64,000 bases of DNA from Eledone cirrhosa (taxonomy: Eukaryota), in assembly GCA_964016885.1 (NCBI GenBank), contig OZ024759.1, positions 992,001 to 1,056,000 of the forward strand. Reading direction: 5' to 3'. This document shows, piece by piece, positions 1-15,200 of this stretch. Position numbers and translations under genes: made by a program. Position 1 is the first letter of the stretch; the number at the start of each line of letters is the position of its first letter. Below the pieces are notes generated by a model. It did not search any database, was not told the origin of the DNA, and saw nothing but the letters and a program-made list of their open reading frames with translations.

Positions 1-3000
1 ATTAGTAACATGACAAAGTCTATATTAGTAACATGACACAGTCTATATTAGTAACATGACAAAGTCTATATTAGTAACATGACACAGTCTATATTAGTAA
101 CATGACAAAGTCTATATTAGTAACATGACAAAGTATATATTAGTAGCATGACAAAGTCTATATTAGTAACATGACACAGTCTATATTAGTAACATGACAT
201 AGTCTATATTAGTAACATGACAAAGTCTATATTAGTAGCATGACACAGTCTAAATTAGTAACATGACACAGTCTATATTAGTAACATGACAGTCTACATT
301 AGTAACATGACACAGTCTATATTAGTAACATGACAAAGTCTATATTAGTAGTATGACAAAGACTATATTAGTAACATGACAGTCTATATTAGTAACATGA
401 CAAAGTCTATATTAGTAGCATGACAAAGTCTATATTAGTAGCATGACACAGTCTATATTAGTAACATGACACAGTCTATATTAGTAACATGACACAGTCT
501 ATATTAGTAACATGACAAAGTCTATATTAGTAGCATGACAAAGTCTATATTAGTAACATGACAAAGTCTATATTAGTAACATGACACAGTCTATATTAGT
601 AACATGACAAAGTCTATATTAGTAACATGACAAAGTCTATATTAGTAACATGACAGTCTATATTAGTAACATGACAAAGTCTATATTAGTAACATGACAA
701 AGTCTCTATTAGTAACATGACAAAGTCTATATTAGTAACATGACAGTCTATATTAGTAACATGACAAAGTCTCTATTAGTAACATGACAAAGTCTATATT
801 AGTAACATGACAGTCTATATTAGTAACATGACAAAGTCTATATTAGTAACATGACAGTCTATATTGTAACATGACACAGTCTATATTAGTAACATGACAC
901 AGTTTATATTAGTAACATGACATAGTCTATATTAGTAACATGACAAAGTCTATATTAGTAACATGACAGTCTATATTGTAACATGACACAGTCTATATTA
1001 GTAACATGACACAGTCTATATTAGTAACATGACAGTCTATATTAGTAACATGACAAAGTCTATATTAGTAACATGACAAAGTCTATATTAGTAACATGAC
1101 AAAGTCTATATTAGTAACATGACAAAGTCTATATTAGTAACATGACAGTCTATATTGTAACATGACACAGTCTCTATTAGTAACATGACACAGTCTATAT
1201 TAGTAACATGACAGTCTATATTAGTAACATGACAAAGTCTATATTAGTAACATGACGGTCTATATTAGTAACATGACAGTCTATATTAGTAGCATGACAA
1301 AGTCTATATTAGTAACATGACACAGTCTATATTAGTAACATGACACAGTCTATATTAGTAACATGACACAGTCTATATTAGTAACATGACAAAGTCTATA
1401 TTAGTAGCATGACAAAGTCTATATTAGTAACATGACACAGTCTATATTAGTAACATGACACAGTCTATATTAGTAACATGACACAGTCTATATTAGTAAC
1501 ATGACAAAGTCTATATTAGTAACATGACACAGTCTATATTAGTAACATGACAAAGTCTATATTAGTAACATGACAGTCTATATTAGTAACATGACAGTCT
1601 ATATTAGTAGCATGACAAAGTCTATATTAGTAACATGACAAAGTCTATATTAGTAACATGACACAGTCTATATTAGTAACATGACACAGTCTATATTAGT
1701 AACATGACAGTCTATATTAGTAGCATGACAAAGTCTATATTAGTAACATGACACAGTCTATATTAGTAACATGACAAAGTCTATATTAGTAACATGACAG
1801 TCTATATTAGTAACATGACACAGTCTATATTAGTAACATGACACAGTCTATATTAGTAACATGACAAAGTCTATATTAGTAACATGACAAAGTCTATATT
1901 AGTAACATGACAGTCTATATTAGTAACATGACAAAGTCTATATTAGTAACATGACACAGTCTATATTAGTAACATGACAAAGTCTCTATTAATAACATGA
2001 CAAAGTCTATATTAGTAACATGACAGTCTATATTAGTAACATGACAAAGTCTCTATTAGTAACATGGCAAAGTCTATATTAGTAACATGACAGTCTATAT
2101 TAGTAACATGACAAAGTCTATATTAGTAACATGACAGTCTATATTGTAACATGACACAGTCTATATTAGTAACATGACACAGTCTATATTAGTAACATGA
2201 CAGTCTATATTAGTAACATGACAAAGTCTATATTAGTAACATGACAAAGTCTATATTAGTAACATGACACAGTCTATATTAGTAGCATGACACAGTCTAT
2301 ATTAGTAACATGACAAAGTCTATATTAGTAACATGACACAGTCTATATTAGTAACATGACAAAGTCTATATTAGTAACATGACACAGTCTATATTAGTAA
2401 CATGACATAGTCTATATTAGTAACATGACAAAGTCTATATTAGTAACATGACAGTCTATATTAGTAACATGACAAAGTCTATATTAGTAGCATGACAAAG
2501 TCTATATTAGTAACATGACACAGTCTATATTAGTAACGTGACAATCTATATTAGTAACATGACACAGTCTATATTAGTAACATGACAAAGTCTATATTAG
2601 TAGCATGACAAAGTCTATATTAGTAACATGACAGTCTATATTAGTAGCATGACAAAGTCTATATTAGTAGCATGACAAGGTCTATATTAGTAGCATGACA
2701 CAGTCTATATTAGTAACATGACACAGTCTATATTAGTAACATGACACAGTCTATATTAGTAACATGACAAAGTCTATATTAGTAGCATGACAAAGTCTAT
2801 ATTAGCAACATGACAAAGTCTATATTAGTAACATAACACAGTCTATATTATTAACATGACAAAGTCTATATTAGTAACATGACAAAGTCTATATTAGTAA
2901 CATGACACAGTCTATATTAGTAACATGACAAAGTCTATATTAGTAACATGACACTGTCTATATTAGTTACTTGACAAAGTCTATATTAGTAACATGACAC

Positions 3001-6000
3001 AGTCTATATTAGTAACATGACACAGTCTATATTAGTAACATGACAAAGTCTATATTAGTAGCATGACAAAGTCTATATTAGTAACATGACAAAGTTTATA
3101 TTAGTAACATGACACAGTCTATATTAGTAACATGACAAAGTCTATATTAGTAACATGACACAGTCTATAATAGTAACATGACAAAGTCTATATTAGTAAC
3201 ATGACAGTCTATATTAGTAACATGACAGTCTATATTAGTAGCATGACAAAGTCTATATTAGTAACATGACAAAGTCTATATTAGTAACATGACACAGTCT
3301 ATATTAGTAACATGACAGTCTATATTAGTAACATGACACATTCTATATTAGTAACATGACAAAGTCTATATTAGTAGCATGACACAGTCTATATTAGTAA
3401 CATGACAGTTTATATTAGTAACATGACAAAGTCTATATTAGTAGCATGACAAAGTCTACATTAGTAGCATGACACAGTCTATATTAGTAACATGACACAG
3501 TCTATATTAGTAACATGACAAAGTCTATATTAGTAGCATGACACAGTCTATATTAGTAACATGACACAGTCTATATTAGTAACATGACAGTCTATATTAG
3601 TAACATGACAAAGTCTATATTAGTAGCATGACAAAGTCTATATTAGTAACATGATACAGTCTATATTAGTAACATGACAATCTATATTAGTAACATGACA
3701 CAGTCTATATTAGTAACATGACAAAGTCTATATTAGTAGCATCACAAAGTCTATATTAGTAACATGACAGTCTATATTAGTAACATGACAAAGTCTATAT
3801 TAGTAGCATGACAAAGTCTATATTAGTAGCATGACACAGTCTATATTAGTAACATGACACAGTCTATATTAGTAACATGACACAGTCTATATTAGTAACA
3901 TGACAAAGTCTATATTAGCAGCATGACAAAGTCTATATTAGTAACATGACAAAGTCTATATTAGTAACATGACACAGTCTATATTAGTAACATGACAAAG
4001 TCTATATTAGTAACATGACAAAGTCTATATTAGTAACATGACACAGTCTATATTAGTAACATGACAAAGTCTATATTAGTAACATGACACTGTCTATATT
4101 AGTAACTTGACAAAGTCTGTATTAGTAACATGACACAGTCTATATTAGTAACATGACACAGTCTATATTAGTAACATGACAAAGTCTATATTAGTAGCAT
4201 GACAATGTCTATATTAGTAACATGACAAAGTCTATATTAGTAACATGACACAGTCTATATTAGTAACATGACAAAGTCTATATTAGTAACATGACACAGT
4301 CTATATTAGTAACATGACAAAGTCTATATTAGTAACATGACAGTCTATATTAGTAACATGACAGTCTATATTAGTAGCATGACAAAGTCTATATTAGTAA
4401 CATAACAAAGTCTATATTAGTAACATGACACAGTCTATATTAGTAACATGACACAGTCTATATTAGTAACATGACAGTCTATATTAGTAGCATGACAATG
4501 TCTATATTATTAACATGACACAGTCTATATTAGTAACAAGACATAGTCTATATTACTAACATGACATAGTCTATATTAGTAACATGACAAAGTCTATATT
4601 AGTAACATGACAAAGTCTATATTAGTAACATGACTAAGTCTATATTAGTAACATGACACAGTCTATATTAGTAACATGACAGTCTATATTAGTAGCATGA
4701 CAAAGTCTATATTAGTAACATGACAAAGTCTATATTAGTAACATGACACAGTCTATATTAGTAACATGACACAGTGTATATTAGTAACATGACAGTGTAT
4801 ATTAGTAACATGACAAAGTCTATATTAGTAACATGGCAAAGTCTATGTTAGTAACATGACAAAGTCTATATTAGTAACATGACACAGTCTATATTAGTAA
4901 CATGACAAAGTCTATATTAGTAACATGACAAAGTCTATATTAGTAACATGACACAGTGTATATTAGTAATATGACAGTCTATATTAGTAGCATGACAAAG
5001 TCTATATTAGTAACATGACACAGTCTATATTAGTAACATGACAAAGTCTCTATTAGTAACATGACAGTCTATATTAGTAACATGCCAAAGTCTATATTAG
5101 TAGCATGACAAAGTCTCTATTAGTAACATGACAAAGTCTATATTAGTAACATGACAGTCTATATTATTAACATGACAAAGTCTATATTAGTAACATGACA
5201 GTCTATATTGTAACATGACACAGTCTATATTAGTAACATGACACAGTTTATATTAGTAACATGACATAGTCTATATTAGTAACATGACAAAGTCTATATT
5301 AGTAACATGACAGTCTATATTGTAACATGACACAGTCTATATTAGTAACATGACACAGTCTATATTAGTAACATGACAGTCTATATTAGTAACATGACAA
5401 AGTCTATATTAGTAACATGACAAAGTCTATATTAGTAACATGACAAAGTCTATATTAGTAACATGACAAAGTCTATATTAGTAACATGACAGTCTATATT
5501 GTAACATGACACAGTCTCTATTAGTAACATGACACAGTCTATATTAGTAACATGACAGTCTATATTAGTAACATGACAAAGTCTATATTAGTAACATGAC
5601 GGTCTATATTAGTAACATGACAGTCTATATTAGTAGCATGACAAAGTCTATATTAGTAACATGACACAGTCTATATTAGTAACATGACACAGTCTATATT
5701 AGTAACATGACACAGTCTATATTAGTAACATGACAAAGTCTATATTAGTAGCATGACAAAGTCTATATTAGTAACATGACACAGTCTATATTAGTAACAT
5801 GACACAGTCTATATTAGTAACATGACAAAGTCTATATTAGTAACATGACACAGTCTATATTAGTAACATGACAAAGTCTATATTAGTAACATGACAGTCT
5901 ATATTAGTAACATGACAGTCTATATTAGTAGCATGACAAAGTCTATATTAGTAACATGACAAAGTCTATATTAGTAACATGACACAGTCTATATTAGTAA

Positions 6001-9000
6001 CATGACACAGTCTATATTAGTAACATGACAGTCTATATTAGTAGCATGACAAAGTCTATATTAGTAACATGACACAGTCTATATTAGTAACATGACAAAG
6101 TCTATATTAGTAACATGACAGTCTATATTAGTAACATGACACAGTCTATATTAGTAACATGACACAGTCTATATTAGTAACATGACAAAGTCTATATTAG
6201 TAACATGACAAAGTCTATATTAGTAACATGACAGTCTATATTAGTAACATGACAAAGTCTATATTAGTAACATGACACAGTCTATATTAGTAACATGACA
6301 AAGTCTCTATTAATAACATGACAAAGTCTATATTAGTAACATGACAGTCTATATTAGTAACATGACAAAGTCTCTATTAGTAACATGGCAAAGTCTATAT
6401 TAGTAACATGACAGTCTATATTAGTAACATGACAAAGTCTATATTAGTAACATGACAGTCTATATTGTAACATGACACAGTCTGTATTAGTAACATGACA
6501 CAGTCTATATTAGTAACATGACAGTCTATATTAGTAACATGACAAAGTCTATATTAGTAACATGACAAAGTCTATATTAGTAACATGACACAGTCTATAT
6601 TAGTAGCATGACACAGTCTATATTAGTAACATGACAAAGTCTATATTAGTAACATGACACAGTCTATATTAGTAACATGACAAAGTCTATATTAGTAACA
6701 TGACACAGTCTATATTAGTAACATGACATAGTCTATATTAGTAACATGACAAAGTCTATATTAGTAACATGACAGTCTATATTAGTAACATGACAAAGTC
6801 TATATTAGTAGCATGACAAAGTCTATATTAGTAACATGACACAGTCTATATTAGTAACGTGACAATCTATATTAGTAACATGACACAGTCTATATTAGTA
6901 ACATGACAAAGTCTATATTAGTAGCATGACAAAGTCTATATTAGTAACATGACAGTCTATATTAGTAGCATGACAAAGTCTATATTAGTAGCATGACAAG
7001 GTCTATATTAGTAGCATGACACAGTCTATATTAGTAACATGACACAGTCTATATTAGTAACATGACACAGTCTATATTAGTAACATGACAAAGTCTATAT
7101 TAGTAGCATGACAAAGTCTATATTAGCAACATGACAAAGTCTATATTAGTAACATAACACAGTCTATATTATTAACATGACAAAGTCTATATTAGTAACA
7201 TGACAAAGTCTATATTAGTAACATGACACAGTCTATATTAGTAACATGACAAAGTCTATATTAGTAACATGACACTGTCTATATTAGTTACTTGACAAAG
7301 TCTATATTAGTAACATGACACAGTCTATATTAGTAACATGACACAGTCTATATTAGTAACATGACAAAGTCTATATTAGTAGCATGACAAAGTCTATATT
7401 AGTAACATGACAAAGTTTATATTAGTAACATGACACAGTCTATATTAGTAACATGACAAAGTCTATATTAGTAACATGACACAGTCTATAATAGTAACAT
7501 GACAAAGTCTATATTAGTAACATGACAGTCTATATTAGTAACATGACAGTCTATATTAGTAGCATGACAAAGTCTATATTAGTAACATGACAAAGTCTAT
7601 ATTAGTAACATGACACAGTCTATATTAGTAACATGACAGTTTATATTAGTAACATGACAAAGTCTATATTAGTAGCATGACAAAGTCTACATTAGTAGCA
7701 TGACACAGTCTATATTAGTAACATGACACAGTCTATATTAGTAACATGACAAAGTCTATATTAGTAGCATGACACAGTCTATATTAGTAACATGACACAG
7801 TCTATATTAGTAACATGACAGTCTATATTAGTAACTTGACAAAGTCTATATTAGTAGCATGACAAAGTCTATATTAGTAACATGATACAGTCTATATTAG
7901 TAACATGACAATCTATATTAGTAACATGACACAGTCTATATTAGTAACATGACAAAGTCTATATTAGTAGCATCACAAAGTCTATATTAGTAACATGACA
8001 GTCTATATTAGTAACATGACAAAGTCTATATTAGTAGCATGACAAAGTCTATATTAGTAGCATGACACAGTCTATATTAGTAACATGACACAGTCTATAT
8101 TAGTAACATGACACAGTCTATATTAGTAACATGACAAAGTCTATATTAGTAGCATGACAAAGTCTATATTAGTAACATGACAAAGTATATATTAGTAGCA
8201 TGACAAAGTCTATATTAGTAACATGACACAGTCTATATTAGTAACATGACATAGTCTATATTAGTAACATGACAAAGTCTATATTAGTAGCATGACACAG
8301 TCTAAATTAGTAACATGACACAGTCTATATTAGTAACATGACAGTCTATATTAGTAACATGACACAGTCTATATTAGTAACATGACAAAGTCTATATTAG
8401 TAGTATGACAAAGACTATATTAGTAACATGACAGTCTATATTAGTAACATGACAAAGTCTATATTAGTAGCATGACAAAGTCTATATTAGTAGCATGACA
8501 CAGTCTATATTAGTAACATGACACAGTCTATATTAGTAACATGACACAGTCTATATTAGTAACATGACAAAGTCTATATTAGTAGCATGACAAAGTCTAT
8601 ATTAGTAACATGACAAAGTCTATATTAGTAACATGACACAGTCTATATTAGTAACATGACAAAGTCTATATTAGTAACATGACAAAGTCTATATTAGTAA
8701 CATGACAGTCTATATTAGTAACATGACAAAGTCTATATTAGTAACATGACAAAGTCTCTATTAGTAACATGACAAAGTCTATATTAGTAACATGACAGTC
8801 TATATTAGTAACATGACAAAGTCTCTATTAGTAACATGACAAAGTCTATATTAGTAACATGACAGTCTATATTAGTAACATGACAAAGTCTATATTAGTA
8901 ACATGACAGTCTATATTGTAACATGACACAGTCTATATTAGTAACATGACACAGTTTATATTAGTAACATGACATAGTCTATATTAGTAACATGACAAAG

Positions 9001-10170
9001 TCTATATTAGTAACATGACAGTCTATATTGTAACATGACACAGTCTATATTAGTAACATGACACAGTCTATATTAGTAACATGACAGTCTATATTAGTAA
9101 CATGACAAAGTCTATATTAGTAACATGACAAAGTCTATATTAGTAACATGACAAAGTCTATATTAGTAACATGACAAAGTCTATATTAGTAACATGACAG
9201 TCTATATTGTAACATGACACAGTCTCTATTAGTAACATGACACAGTCTATATTAGTAACATGACAGTCTATATTAGTAACATGACGGTCTATATTAGTAA
9301 CATGACAGTCTATATTAGTAGCATGACAAAGTCTATATTAGTAACATGACACAGTCTATATTAGTAACATGACACAGTCTATATTAGTAACATGACACAG
9401 TCTATATTAGTAACATGACAAAGTCTATATTAGTAGCATGACAAAGTCTATATTATTAACATGACACAGTCTATATTAGTAACATGACACAGTCTATATT
9501 AGTAACATGACACAGTCTATATTAGTAACATGACAAAGTCTATATTAGTAACATGACACAGTCTATATTAGTAACATGACAAAGTCTATATTAGTAACAT
9601 GACAGTCTATATTAGTAACATGACAGTCTATATTAGTAGCATGACACAGTCTATATTAGTAACATGACAAAGTCTATATTAGTAACATGACACAGTCTAT
9701 ATTAGTAACATGACACAGTCTATATTAGTAACATGACAGTCTATATTAGTAGCATGACAAAGTCTATATTAGTAACATGACACAGTCTATATTAGTAACA
9801 TGACAAAGTCTATATTAGTAACATGACAGTCTATATTAGTAACATGACACAGTCTATATTAGTAACATGACACAGTCTATATTAGTAACATGACAAAGTC
9901 TATATTAGTAACATGACAAAGTCTATATTAGTAACATGACAGTCTATATTAGTAACATGACAAAGTCTATATTAGTAACATGACACAGTCTATATTAGTA
10001 ACATGACAAAGTCTCTATTAATAACATGACAAAGTCTATATTAGTAACATGACAGTCTATATTAGTAACATGACAAAGTCTCTATTAGTAACATGGCAAA
10101 GTCTATATTAGTAACATGACAGTCTATATTAGTAACATGACAAAGTCTATATTAGTAACATGACAGTCTA
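1..10170. repeat. Block ~1-2140 repeated at ~8050-10170, offset 8,052 bp then 8,029 bp after loss of one monomer
   Basis: GTATATAT 133/8185, TAAATT 251/8303 and GTATGACAAAGAC 351/8403 are all offset by 8,052; GACGGTC 1254/9283 is offset by 8,029. Confidence 0.85.
760..8150. repeat. ~3.1-kb block (~760-3900) repeated at ~5100-8150, offset ~4.2-4.3 kb
   Basis: CTCTATTAG 771/5115 and GACGGTC 1254/5598 (4,344), GACACTGTC..TTACTTG 2950/7271 (4,321), GCATCAC 3739/7970 (4,231). The offsets step down by monomer-sized amounts. Confidence 0.85.
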
Positions 10171-12299
10171 TATTAGTAACGTGACAATCTATATTAGTAA
10201 CATGACACAGTCTATATTAGTAACATGACAAAGTCTATATTAGTAGCATGACAAAGTCTATATTAGTAACATGACAGTCTATATTAGTAGCATGACAAAG
10301 TCTATATTAGTAGCATGACAAGGTCTATATTAGTAGCATGACACAGTCTATATTAGTAACATGACACAGTCTATATTAGTAACATGACACAGTCTATATT
10401 AGTAACATGACAAAGTCTATATTAGTAGCATGACAAAGTCTATATTAGCAACATGACAAAGTCTATATTAGTAACATAACACAGTCTATATTATTAACAT
10501 GACAAAGTCTATATTAGTAACATGACAAAGTCTATATTAGTAACATGACACAGTCTATATTAGTAACATGACAAAGTCTATATTAGTAACATGACACTGT
10601 CTATATTAGTTACTTGACAAAGTCTATATTAGTAACATGACACAGTCTATATTAGTAACATGACACAGTATATATTAGTAACATGACAAAGTCTATATTA
10701 GTAGCATGACAAAGTCTATATTAGTAACATGACAAAGTTTATATTAGTAACATGACACAGTCTATATTAGTAACATGACAAAGTCTATATTAGTAACATG
10801 ACACAGTCTATAATAGTAACATGACAAAGTCTATATTAGTAACATGACAGTCTATATTAGTAACATGACAGTCTATATTAGTAGCATGACAAAGTCTATA
10901 TTAGTAACATGACAAAGTCTATATTAGTAACATGACACAGTCTATATTAGTAACATGACAGTCTATATTAGTAACATGACACATTCTATATTAGTAACAT
11001 GACAAAGTCTATATTAGTAGCATGACACAGTCTATATTAGTAACATGACAGTTTATATTAGTAACATGACAAAGTCTATATTAGTAGCATGACAAAGTCT
11101 ACATTAGTAGCATGACACAGTCTATATTAGTAACATGACACAGTCTATATTAGTAACATGACAAAGTCTATATTAGTAGCATGACACAGTCTATATTAGT
11201 AACATGACACAGTCTATATTAGTAACATGACAGTCTATATTAGTAACATGACAAAGTCTATATTAGTAGCATGACAAAGTCTATATTAGCAGCATGACAA
11301 AGTCTATATTAGTAACATGACAAAGTCTATATTAGTAACATGACACAGTCTATATTAGTAACATGACAAAGTCTATATTAGTAACATGACAAAGTCTATA
11401 TTAGTAACATGACACAGTCTATATTAGTAACATGACAAAGTCTATATTAGTAACATGACACTGTCTATATTAGTAACTTGACAAAGTCTGTATTAGTAAC
11501 ATGACAAAGTCTATATTAGTAACATGACACAGTCTATATTAGTAACATGACAAAGTCTATATTAGTAACATGACACAGTCTATATTAGTAACATGACAAA
11601 GTCTATATTAGTAACATGACAGTCTATATTAGTAACATGACAGTCTATATTAGTAGCATGACAAAGTCTATATTAGTAACATGACAAAGTCTATATTAGT
11701 AACATGACACAGTCTATATTAGTAACATGACACAGTCTATATTAGTAACATGACAGTCTATATTAGTAGCATGACAATGTCTATATTATTAACATGACAC
11801 AGTCTATATTAGTAACAAGACATAGTCTATATTACTAACATGACATAGTCTATATTAGTAACATGACAAAGTCTATATTAGTAACATGACAAAGTCTATA
11901 TTAGTAACATGACTAAGTCTATATTAGTAACATGACACAGTCTATATTAGTAACATGACAGTCTATATTAGTAGCATGACAAAGTCTATATTAGTAACAT
12001 GACAAAGTCTATATTAGTAACATGACACAGTCTATATTAGTAACATGACACAGTGTATATTAGTAACATGACAGTGTATATTAGTAACATGACAAAGTCT
12101 ATATTAGTAACATGGCAAAGTCTATGTTAGTAACATGACAAAGTCTATATTAGTAACATGACACAGTCTATATTAGTAACATGACAAAGTCTATATTAGT
12201 AACATGACAAAGTCTATATTAGTAACATGACACAGTGTATATTAGTAATATGACAGTCTATATTAGTAGCATGACAAAGTCTATATTAGTAACATGACA

Positions 12300-15200
12300 A
12301 AGTCTATATTAGTAACATGACACAGTCTATATTAGTAACATGACACAGTCTATATTAGTAACATGACACAGTCTATATTTGTAACATGACAAAGTCTATA
12401 TTAGTAACATGGCAAAGTTATATTAGTAACATGACAAAGTCTATATTAGTAACATGACAAGGTCTATATTAGTAACATGACAAAGTCTCTATCAGTAACA
12501 TGACAGTCTATATTAGTAACATGCCAAAGTCTATATTAGTAGCATGACAAAGTCTCTATTAGTAACATGACAAAGTCTATATTAGTAACATGACAGTCTA
12601 TATTAGTAACATGACAAAGTCTATATTAGTAACATGACAGTCTATATTGTAACATGACACAGTCTATATTAGTAACATGACACAGTTTATATTAGTAACA
12701 TGACATAGTCTATATTAGTAACATGACAAAGTCTATATTAGTAACATGACAGTCTATATTGTAACATGACACAGTCTATATTAGTAACATGACACAGTCT
12801 ATATTAGTAACATGACAGTCTATATTAGTAACATGACAAAGTCTATATTAGTAACATGACAAAGTCTATATTAGTAACATGACAAAGTCTATATTAGTAA
12901 CATGACAAAGTCTATATTAGTAACATGACAGTCTATATTGTAACATGACACAGTCTCTATTAGTAACATGACACAGTCTATATTAGTAACATGACAGTCT
13001 ATATTAGTAACATGACAAAGTCTATATTAGTAACATGACGGTCTATATTAGTAACATGACAGTCTATATTAGTAGCATGACAAAGTCTATATTAGTAACA
13101 TGACACAGTCTATATTAGTAACATGACACAGTCTATATTAGTAACATGACACAGTCTATATTAGTAACATGACAAAGTCTATATTAGTAGCATGACAAAG
13201 TCTATATTAGTAACATGACACAGTCTATATTAGTAACATGACACAGTCTATATTAGTAACATGACACAGTCTATATTAGTAACATGACAAAGTCTATATT
13301 AGTAACATGACACAGTCTATATTAGTAACATGACAAAGTCTATATTAGTAACATGACAGTCTATATTAGTAACATGACAGTCTATATTAGTAGCATGACA
13401 AAGTCTATATTAGTAACATGACAAAGTCTATATTAGTAACATGACACAGTCTATATTAGTAACATGACACAGTCTATATTAGTAACATGACAGTCTATAT
13501 TAGTAGCATGACAAAGTCTATATTAGTAACATGACACAGTCTATATTAGTAACATGACAAAGTCTATATTAGTAACATGACAGTCTATATTAGTAACATG
13601 ACACAGTCTATATTAGTAACATGACACAGTCTATATTAGTAACATGACAAAGTCTATATTAGTAACATGACAAAGTCTATATTAGTAACATGACAGTCTA
13701 TATTAGTAACATGACAAAGTCTATATTAGTAACATGACACAGTCTATATTAGTAACATGACAAAGTCTCTATTAATAACATGACAAAGTCTATATTAGTA
13801 ACATGACAGTCTATATTAGTAACATGACAAAGTCTCTATTAGTAACATGGCAAAGTCTATATTAGTAACATGACAGTCTATATTAGTAACATGACAAAGT
13901 CTATATTAGTAACATGACAGTCTATATTGTAACATGACACAGTCTGTATTAGTAACATGACACAGTCTATATTAGTAACATGACAGTCTATATTAGTAAC
14001 ATGACAAAGTCTATATTAGTAACATGACAAAGTCTATATTAGTAACATGACACAGTCTATATTAGTAGCATGACACAGTCTATATTAGTAACATGACAAA
14101 GTCTATATTAGTAACATGACACAGTCTATATTAGTAACATGACAAAGTCTATATTAGTAACATGACACAGTCTATATTAGTAACATGACAGTCTATATTA
14201 GTAACATGACAAAGTCTATATTAGTAACATGACAGTCTATATTAGTAACATGACAAAGTCTATATTAGTAGCATGACAAAGTCTATATTAGTAACATGAC
14301 ACAGTCTATATTAGTAACGTGACAATCTATATTAGTAACATGACACAGTCTATATTAGTAACATGACAAAGTCTATATTAGTAGCATGACAAAGTCTATA
14401 TTAGTAACATGACAGTCTATATTAGTAGCATGACAAAGTCTATATTAGTAGCATGACAAGGTCTATATTAGTAGCATGACACAGTCTATATTAGTAACAT
14501 GACACAGTCTATATTAGTAACATGACACAGTCTATATTAGTAACATGACAAAGTCTATATTAGTAGCATGACAAAGTCTATATTAGCAACATGACAAAGT
14601 CTATATTAGTAACATAACACAGTCTATATTATTAACATGACAAAGTCTATATTAGTAACATGACAAAGTCTATATTAGTAACATGACACAGTCTATATTA
14701 GTAACATGACAAAGTCTATATTAGTAACATGACACTGTCTATATTAGTTACTTGACAAAGTCTATATTAGTAACATGACACAGTCTATATTAGTAACATG
14801 ACACAGTCTATATTAGTAACATGACAAAGTCTATATTAGTAGCATGACAAAGTCTATATTAGTAACATGACAAAGTTTATATTAGTAACATGACACAGTC
14901 TATATTAGTAACATGACAAAGTCTATATTAGTAACATGACACAGTCTATAATAGTAACATGACAAAGTCTATATTAGTAACATGACAGTCTATATTAGTA
15001 ACATGACAGTCTATATTAGTAGCATGACAAAGTCTATATTAGTAACATGACAAAGTCTATATTAGTAACATGACACAGTCTATATTAGTAACATGACAGT
15101 CTATATTAGTAACATGACACATTCTATATTAGTAACATGACAAAGTCTATATTAGTAGCATGACACAGTCTATATTAGTAACATGACAGTTTATATTAGA

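Noticed and set aside
6-15. p53 half-site-like TAACATGACA and RFX-like AGTAAC motifs
   Set aside because: There are three mismatches to RRRCWWGYYY and no proper second half-site or X-box partner. Such short matches are expected by chance.
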